DNA from: Candidatus Omnitrophota bacterium
GTDB lineage: Bacteria; Omnitrophota; Gorgyraeia; Zapsychrales; Zapsychraceae
Assembly: GCA_029261055.1 (NCBI GenBank)
Contig: JAJDCA010000026.1
Span: forward strand, 5,747-69,746
Direction of reading: 5' to 3'
Length of the DNA stretch: 64,000 bases
The notes below the pieces were generated by a model. The model saw nothing but the letters and a program-made list of their open reading frames with translations, did no database searches and was not told the DNA's origin. How positions within the stretch are numbered: the first letter of the stretch is position 1; each line of letters opens with the position of its first letter. Of this stretch, positions 58,951 through 64,000 are shown in pieces. The translations under genes and the position numbers were made by a program.

Positions 58951-60105
58951 AAAGAAAACAAACTAGCCCCCGTTACCTATTGCGAAATAGACTTAAAGGC
59001 CATTCGACACAATGTTAAAGCCTTGCGTCATTTTGCAGCCTCCCGGAAACTGCACAATATTTCCCGCCCATCGACATTACAGCTTTTAGCCGTCATTAAA
59101 GCAGATGCGTATGGTCATGGAATGGAGCCGATCGGTCATTTATTGGATGAGCTTGGTATTGATTTTTTTGGTGTTTCCGATGTGTTTGAAGGAATGCGCC
59201 TGCGGGCAGCTGGACTGAAGAAGCCGATTTTGTTATTTGAAACAACGCTGGCGGCACAGGCTCAACACATTGTTGATTACCAATTAATGCCAACGGTTTG
59301 TACCCTGGATGTGGCGCAGGCCTTAAATCGGTATGCCCAGCAAAAAAAACAGTCCCTTAAAGTTCATGTCAAAGTAGATACAGGGATGGGGCGTTTAGGG
59401 GTGTGGTACAAAGATGCCATTACTTTTGTGCAAAAGATCATGGCGTTGAAATATTTGGTGATCCAGGGGGTTTTTACGCATTTCCCGGTAGCTGACACGG
59501 ATTGTGCTTTCACAGAAAAACAAATTAAGCAGTTAACCACATTAGTGCAGCAGTTAGATCAAAAGGGGCTAGTGATTCCGTACGTGCATGCGGCTAATAG
59601 CATGGGGCTGACCGGGTATCAAGTTGATGTTTTAAATCTTTCACGTCCAGGGCTCACGATCTACGGCCTTTATCCTGATTCAAAAATAAAAACAAAAATT
59701 AATCTCAAGCCAGCCATGAGCATTCGCTCTACAGTTATTTTTTGCAAAGATGTTCTTAAGGGGCAAGGCATTAGCTACGGGCATTCATTTACAGCCAAAA
59801 AAAAGATGAAGGTTGCGGTTGTGCCTATTGGCTACAGTGATGGATACCTCAGAATTTTCTCCAATAAAGCTGATGTGCTGGTGGGCGGTCAACGCTGTCC
59901 TGTCATCGGTCGTGTCACCATGGATCAAGTCATGGTGGATGTTTCCAAGGTCAAAAATACTCGGATCGGAATGGCCGTGACCATTTTAGGAACGCAAAAA
60001 CAAGAGTGCATCACGGCCGAAGAACTTGCCGATCATGCCCAAACCATCAATTACGAAATCGTGTGTTCCCTTGGTAGCCGTTTGCCAAGAATTTACAAAT
60101 CTTAA
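58936..60105 (+). CDS. alr: Alanine racemase
   Basis: AVIKADAYGHG, HVKVDTGMGRLG, GYSDG, GRVTMDQ and TINYE motifs; exact start uncertain. Confidence 0.95.
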   Translation: MVSAQKENKLAPVTYCEIDLKAIRHNVKALRHFAASRKLHNISRPSTLQLLAVIKADAYGHGMEPIGHLLDELGIDFFGVSDVFEGMRLRAAGLKKPILLFETTLAAQAQHIVDYQLMPTVCTLDVAQALNRYAQQKKQSLKVHVKVDTGMGRLGVWYKDAITFVQKIMALKYLVIQGVFTHFPVADTDCAFTEKQIKQLTTLVQQLDQKGLVIPYVHAANSMGLTGYQVDVLNLSRPGLTIYGLYPDSKIKTKINLKPAMSIRSTVIFCKDVLKGQGISYGHSFTAKKKMKVAVVPIGYSDGYLRIFSNKADVLVGGQRCPVIGRVTMDQVMVDVSKVKNTRIGMAVTILGTQKQECITAEELADHAQTINYEIVCSLGSRLPRIYKS

Positions 60106-60154
60106 GAATTCAATTGTTGTAACATGTTGAAAATAAACAAAGAAAATTGAGTTA

Positions 60155-60180
60155 TGAAATTGCCCCGCGGGGCAATTTCA
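60155..60180. repeat. Perfect 26-bp palindrome
   Basis: TGAAATTGCCCCGCGGGGCAATTTCA. Confidence 0.85.
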
Positions 60181-60207
60181 CAACTCGCGAAAAGAAAGGA
60201 TTCGTTT

Positions 60208-60624
60208 GTGAGAAAATATCTAATGAGGCTCGTTATTTTTATTGCCTGTTTCAGTGTTTCTTCATGGGCCTTGGCCGATGTGATTGGGTATGCCGACAAA
60301 GAGGTTCAGGAGATTGCGGAACCGATTTTGGATGGCATTCTTCAGGGTTTTAAGGACAATGATTACACCCAATACGCCAAAAATTTTGATGACATGCTTA
60401 AAGAATCTGTGCCAGAAAAACGCTTTTTAGCCGTCGACCAACAGATTGAAGGTTCCATGGGAGAGTTTAAATCCAGAGAATATTTGGGATTTCTGAATCA
60501 GGGCCAAATTACCGTCATCCTTTGGAAAGGCCAATTCGAAAAAAGCGAAAACGACATCTTGATCAAACTCGTCATCTCCAAACGCGCCAACACATTCGTC
60601 GTCACCGGGTTGTGGTTTCAGTAG
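60208..60624 (+). CDS. Exported DUF3887-like protein
   Basis: AAGGA then GTG at 60208; signal peptide; DY..Y..NFD..LK...G.F.S...V.GLWF pattern. Confidence 0.65.
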   Translation: MRKYLMRLVIFIACFSVSSWALADVIGYADKEVQEIAEPILDGILQGFKDNDYTQYAKNFDDMLKESVPEKRFLAVDQQIEGSMGEFKSREYLGFLNQGQITVILWKGQFEKSENDILIKLVISKRANTFVVTGLWFQ

Positions 60625-60648
60625 AGAAAAAGTGCGGCGTAAATTTAT

Positions 60649-60677
60649 TTGATATGATATCACAGATATGATATACT
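60649..60677 (+). promoter_or_regulatory. vapBC promoter with overlapping GATATGATAT repeats (probable operator)
   Basis: TTGATA-17 nt-TATACT; GATATGATAT at 60651 and 60665. Confidence 0.6.
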
Positions 60678-60699
60678 TCTAGTAAAGGAGGAGAAAATC

Positions 60700-60942
60700 A
60701 TGGTAAGAACTTTAATTGGAATATCTCAAGACGACAAACAATGGTTGGAGCGGTACAGTCATTCGTGTCATCAATCTATGGCTCAGACTATTCGTCTGGC
60801 CATTCAGGCATTTCGTCAGCAGAATAGAAAAGGGATGCAAAAAAATGTTTTTAAACAGACTGCAGGGTTGTGGAAAGGGCGAAAAATAGACAGCCAAGAA
60901 TATGTGCAGAAATTACGTAAAGAATGGGATGGGGCATTTTGA
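60700..60942 (+). CDS. RHH/CopG-type antitoxin (VapB-like)
   Basis: MVRTLI...SMAQTIRLAI; C-terminal GLWK.R..DS..Y...LRKEW; stop overlaps the PIN gene. Confidence 0.8.
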   Translation: MVRTLIGISQDDKQWLERYSHSCHQSMAQTIRLAIQAFRQQNRKGMQKNVFKQTAGLWKGRKIDSQEYVQKLRKEWDGAF

Positions 60943-61310
60943 GTCCAAAATATCTTATTGATACGGTAATATTGATTGAGCACCTTAATGGCCTTAAAAA
61001 AGCTACGGATTGGCTGGCTGCACTAAAGGATGGGGAAGCGGTTATTTCTGTCATTACCTATGCGGAAGTCCTAGCAGGGATTAAAGATGGAGAAGAGGAT
61101 GAAATTTATTCTTTTTTAGACTATTTTACATGTTTTCCTATTCAGGTATCCACTGCTAAGCTAGCGGCTAGTTTACGCCGGAAATGGCGTTGGAAATTGC
61201 CGGATGCCTTTCAGGCTGCACTTGCCACAGAAAATCAAATTTACTTAGTAACCCGCAATACAAAAGATTTTTCTTCAAAAAAGCATACCTTTGTCAAAAT
61301 TCCGTATTAA
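60939..61310 (+). CDS. vapC: PIN-domain toxin VapC
   Basis: YLIDTVILI, SVITYAEV, LPDAFQAA.A and LVTRNTKDF motifs. Confidence 0.9.
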   Translation: MSPKYLIDTVILIEHLNGLKKATDWLAALKDGEAVISVITYAEVLAGIKDGEEDEIYSFLDYFTCFPIQVSTAKLAASLRRKWRWKLPDAFQAALATENQIYLVTRNTKDFSSKKHTFVKIPY

Positions 61311-61430
61311 ATTTCTTTATTTGAAGGGGTATTGGGACTTTTTCATAAAATAATTAAAATATTTTTTTAATAAAACTGTAACTAATTGGTATTAAATATG
61401 TTGTAGTAAGAATTATTTGACCTCCCACCC

Positions 61431-61458
61431 TTGCCGATTGTCCAGAATATGTTATCCT
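61431..61458 (+). promoter_or_regulatory. Promoter of giant gene 2
   Basis: TTGCCG-16 nt-TATCCT with TGn; homologous to 36649-36676. Confidence 0.55.
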
Positions 61459-61499
61459 TTCAGCGTACAACGTAAGAAATCGGTTTCTTAACAATATCC

Positions 61500-61547
61500 T
61501 ACCAATAAAGGCCTGCATGCAGGTTTTAACCTCGCCACGGATTGGTA
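61500..61547 (+). ncRNA. Candidate cis-regulatory leader RNA motif (copy 2)
   Basis: TACCAAT/ATTGGTA outer stem, CCTG-CATG-CAGG inner hairpin, CCTCGCCACGG. Confidence 0.5.
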
Positions 61548-61602
61548 ATTCTTGAAAAGAAGTAAGAATCAAGGTGTAGAGAATTAGGTAATTATTTTTT
61601 TT

Positions 61603-61680
61603 ACCGCATAGGAAAGCATAAAACTTTCCTATCGGCATTGAAAATACGCCTTCAGGTTATCGCCAAAGGCGATTTTCTTG
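61603..61680 (+). repeat. Second copy of the bamA-leader element, nested in purine/pyrimidine arms (~61556-61720)
   Basis: ACCGCATAGGAAAGCATAAAACTTTCCTATCGGCATTGAAAATACGCCTTCAGGTTATCGCCAAAGGCGATTTTCTTG. Confidence 0.8.
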
Positions 61681-61736
61681 TTTCTCTACCTCGTATTCCT
61701 CTACTTCTTTCTTTACTTAACCCAAGGAGAAAATCC

Positions 61737-64000
61737 ATGAATACAACTATTCACAAATACAAAACCCGTCTTTATTACCGAATATTTTCTGCCTTTGTGG
61801 CGGTGGCATTTTTGACAACGACTATTGTGCCGCGGGGTTTTGCGCAGAATGTGTCTGTGCCTGCGCCAATAGGTGTCAACTTGCCGGCTGTAGGTAGTCT
61901 GGTGACGGCCAGTGAGGCCTTTACGCCTACCATGATTAAAGGTTTAACCATTCATCCGGAGAATCCGTTGCAATTTGATTTTATTGTGGATACGGGGAAT
62001 ACCGGCCTGAAGCAAGGGCAAGCATTGAAGGATGAAACCACCAAATTGGTGAAATATTTTTTGGCATCGTTGACTGTTCCCGAAGATGAAATGTGGGTCA
62101 ATTTGAGTCCGTATGAAAGTGATCGTATTATTGCCGAAGGATTAGGGCAAACGGATATGGGGCGCGACATGTTAGCCCAGGATTATTTGCTCAAACAGCT
62201 CACCGCTTCCTTGATGTATCCGGAAGAAGAGTTGGGAAATACATTTTGGCAAAGAGTGTATGAGCGGGCGTATGAAGAGTTTGGTGTCACGGATATTCCG
62301 ACGAATACATTTAACAAAGTATGGATTGTGCCGGAGAAGGCTGTGATTTACGAACAAGCTGAGACGGCGAGCACGTATGTGTTGGAGAGTCATTTGAAGG
62401 TGATGTTGGAGGAGGATTATGTCGCGATGGAGAACGCGGATCGTAGGGGTTTGATTCATCAAACCCAAGAAAAGGGCGTGATGAATCACGCCCCTACGGA
62501 TATTATTCGCGAATTGCTTATTCCCGAAATCGAACGCGAAGTCAACGAAGGCAAGACCTTTGCCAATCTACGCCAAATCTACAATTCCATGATCCTGGCC
62601 GAGTGGTACAAGCACAATCTCAAAGAATCATTGTTAGGGCAAGTGTATGTCGGGCAAAACAAAATTAAGGGTATTAATACCGAAGACAAAGACATAGCTC
62701 AAAAAATTTACAATCAATACATCAAATCATTTAAGACAGGCGTCTACGACTACATCCGCGAAGACTACGACCCTGCGACCAATCAAATCATCCCAAGAAA
62801 ATATTTCTCTGGAGGGATCCTTCGAGCGAAACGCTCCATGTTCACCGTACTCACGGATGCTGCCGAGATAAGCGCAACCCAAGCCGACGATCTATTCTAC
62901 TTAGGAACTCCTCAATACCTCGCCCCCGTCGACATGGCCGAACTAGGAACAGATGCGGCCGAAGTGATGGAAATTGAACGTGCGTTGAGAAATACGAAAT
63001 CTATTAAAACAGCCTTAACAGATGCATCAATGATGGAAAGAAAAGTATCAAAAAAAAGTTTAGCTCTATTAAAAAAACTTAAAAACAAGAAAAATGTATC
63101 AATCCTTGTTGCAGAAGATGATCCTCGAATGGCTAAAAATATTGAGAATCATTTTTCTAAAGATAAAAAGTATTCTATTACAATTGCACGCGAAGGAATT
63201 TCTTTTTTTGCTTTTGCGCACAATAAACCAGAGAGCTTTGATGTAATTGTTTCAGACGTTAGTTTGCCTTCTATGAGCGGTATTGAAGTTGCAAAAAAAT
63301 TACATAAGGAGGATAAGCTTGATACCCCCATACTAATTATGACTGGGTATGATATAGACAAAATTGAAGAAAATGCGCCGCCTAATGTCATTAAGGTGTT
63401 TTCTAAGCGTGTGTTTGGGGGGTCTGTTTTTAAAGATATTCAGAATTTTATTGAAGGAAAAGAAAACGAAGCTGACGACGCCATGTCGTCAAATACAAAG
63501 AAATTTAAAGGAAACATTTTAAGCAAGATTAAGGGATATTCTAATAGTCGAAATGCTTATCAGCAATTGGCCTATTATTATGAAGATGAAATACGTCGGG
63601 TGCGGAATGCTTCGGGTTTTTTGTTTTTCATTAAACCTATCTGGATAACTTATTTGAAGGCAAAAGCGGTAGGTTCTTACAAGAAAGTTATTGAGCTTGA
63701 GAAGGGGGATGTAAATAAATATAAAACGTATGAAGATTTCTCGAAATATTTTGGTGGTCGTAAGGCAGCCACGAAGGATCTTGATCTTGCACGTGATATC
63801 GTCACAAAGCATTTTTTAAATAGGTATGCTAAGCGAAAGGGTCTAGGGTTAATTTCTGTGAATGAAAGTGTTAATTTTCCGCATTACATTGTTGGTAAGT
63901 ATTCTGTAGAAGATGCTGCACGTTCTGTGACTAATAGTAATTTGAATATTTTTACTCATGATTATGGTGATCAAAAGGCTAAGGTCGCCTTGGTAACGGC
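61737..64000 (+). CDS. Giant modular protein 2 (paralog of 36888; 3' end outside window), includes a receiver domain
   Basis: Absent from the ORF track because it has no stop in the window. AAGGAG RBS; hand translation MNTTIHKYKTRLYYRIFSAFVAVAFLTTTIVPRGFA...IHPENPLQFDFIVDTG...WVNLSPYE...PRKYFSGG; stays in frame to base 64000. Confidence 0.9.
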   Translation, partial: MNTTIHKYKTRLYYRIFSAFVAVAFLTTTIVPRGFAQNVSVPAPIGVNLPAVGSLVTASEAFTPTMIKGLTIHPENPLQFDFIVDTGNTGLKQGQALKDETTKLVKYFLASLTVPEDEMWVNLSPYESDRIIAEGLGQTDMGRDMLAQDYLLKQLTASLMYPEEELGNTFWQRVYERAYEEFGVTDIPTNTFNKVWIVPEKAVIYEQAETASTYVLESHLKVMLEEDYVAMENADRRGLIHQTQEKGVMNHAPTDIIRELLIPEIEREVNEGKTFANLRQIYNSMILAEWYKHNLKESLLGQVYVGQNKIKGINTEDKDIAQKIYNQYIKSFKTGVYDYIREDYDPATNQIIPRKYFSGGILRAKRSMFTVLTDAAEISATQADDLFYLGTPQYLAPVDMAELGTDAAEVMEIERALRNTKSIKTALTDASMMERKVSKKSLALLKKLKNKKNVSILVAEDDPRMAKNIENHFSKDKKYSITIAREGISFFAFAHNKPESFDVIVSDVSLPSMSGIEVAKKLHKEDKLDTPILIMTGYDIDKIEENAPPNVIKVFSKRVFGGSVFKDIQNFIEGKENEADDAMSSNTKKFKGNILSKIKGYSNSRNAYQQLAYYYEDEIRRVRNASGFLFFIKPIWITYLKAKAVGSYKKVIELEKGDVNKYKTYEDFSKYFGGRKAATKDLDLARDIVTKHFLNRYAKRKGLGLISVNESVNFPHYIVGKYSVEDAARSVTNSNLNIFTHDYGDQKAKVALVT
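62442..62498. repeat. In-frame REP doublet inside giant gene 2
   Basis: CGTAGGGGTTTGATTCATCAAACCC...GGGCGTGATGAATCACGCCCCTACG. Confidence 0.8.

Overview
Bacterial chromosomal window, almost all on the + strand. It is most likely from Candidatus Omnitrophota (PVC superphylum); this is inferred from the mix of LPS genes, a Firmicutes-like mcsA-mcsB-clpC...radA-yacL-ispDF-cysES gene order and paralogous giant proteins. The housekeeping backbone is hisG, ispE-tRNA-Gln-glmU-prs-rplY-pth-rpsF-ssb-rpsR-rplI-dnaB, bamA-skp-lpxD-lpxC/fabZ-lpxA-lpxI, lysS-lolC/E-lolD, ilvE, mcsAB-clpC, radA to metG and mtnA-thiL-tsaE-tsaB-alr. It is interrupted by variable loci: a 5'-truncated giant LamG-repeat protein, a REP-associated tyrosine transposase (RAYT) with many REP and MITE-like hairpins, two toxin-antitoxin pairs, an AAA/DUF4143 gene and two paralogous giant genes (36888-44075; 61737 to the window end). 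The best candidate novel system is this paralogous pair. They share a promoter, a structured leader motif, a signal-peptide-like start and a conserved ~420-aa N-terminal region. They then carry unrelated AT-rich modules delimited by a recurrent D-x-[AS]-M tetrapeptide, and one module is an intact receiver domain bounded by the motif on both sides. This suggests a cassette-built, possibly processed, effector polyprotein family. Conserved DNA flanking most variable sites also shows a polarised C/A-rich (left) versus G/T-rich (right) composition. All calls come from reading the sequence by eye; no database search was run.
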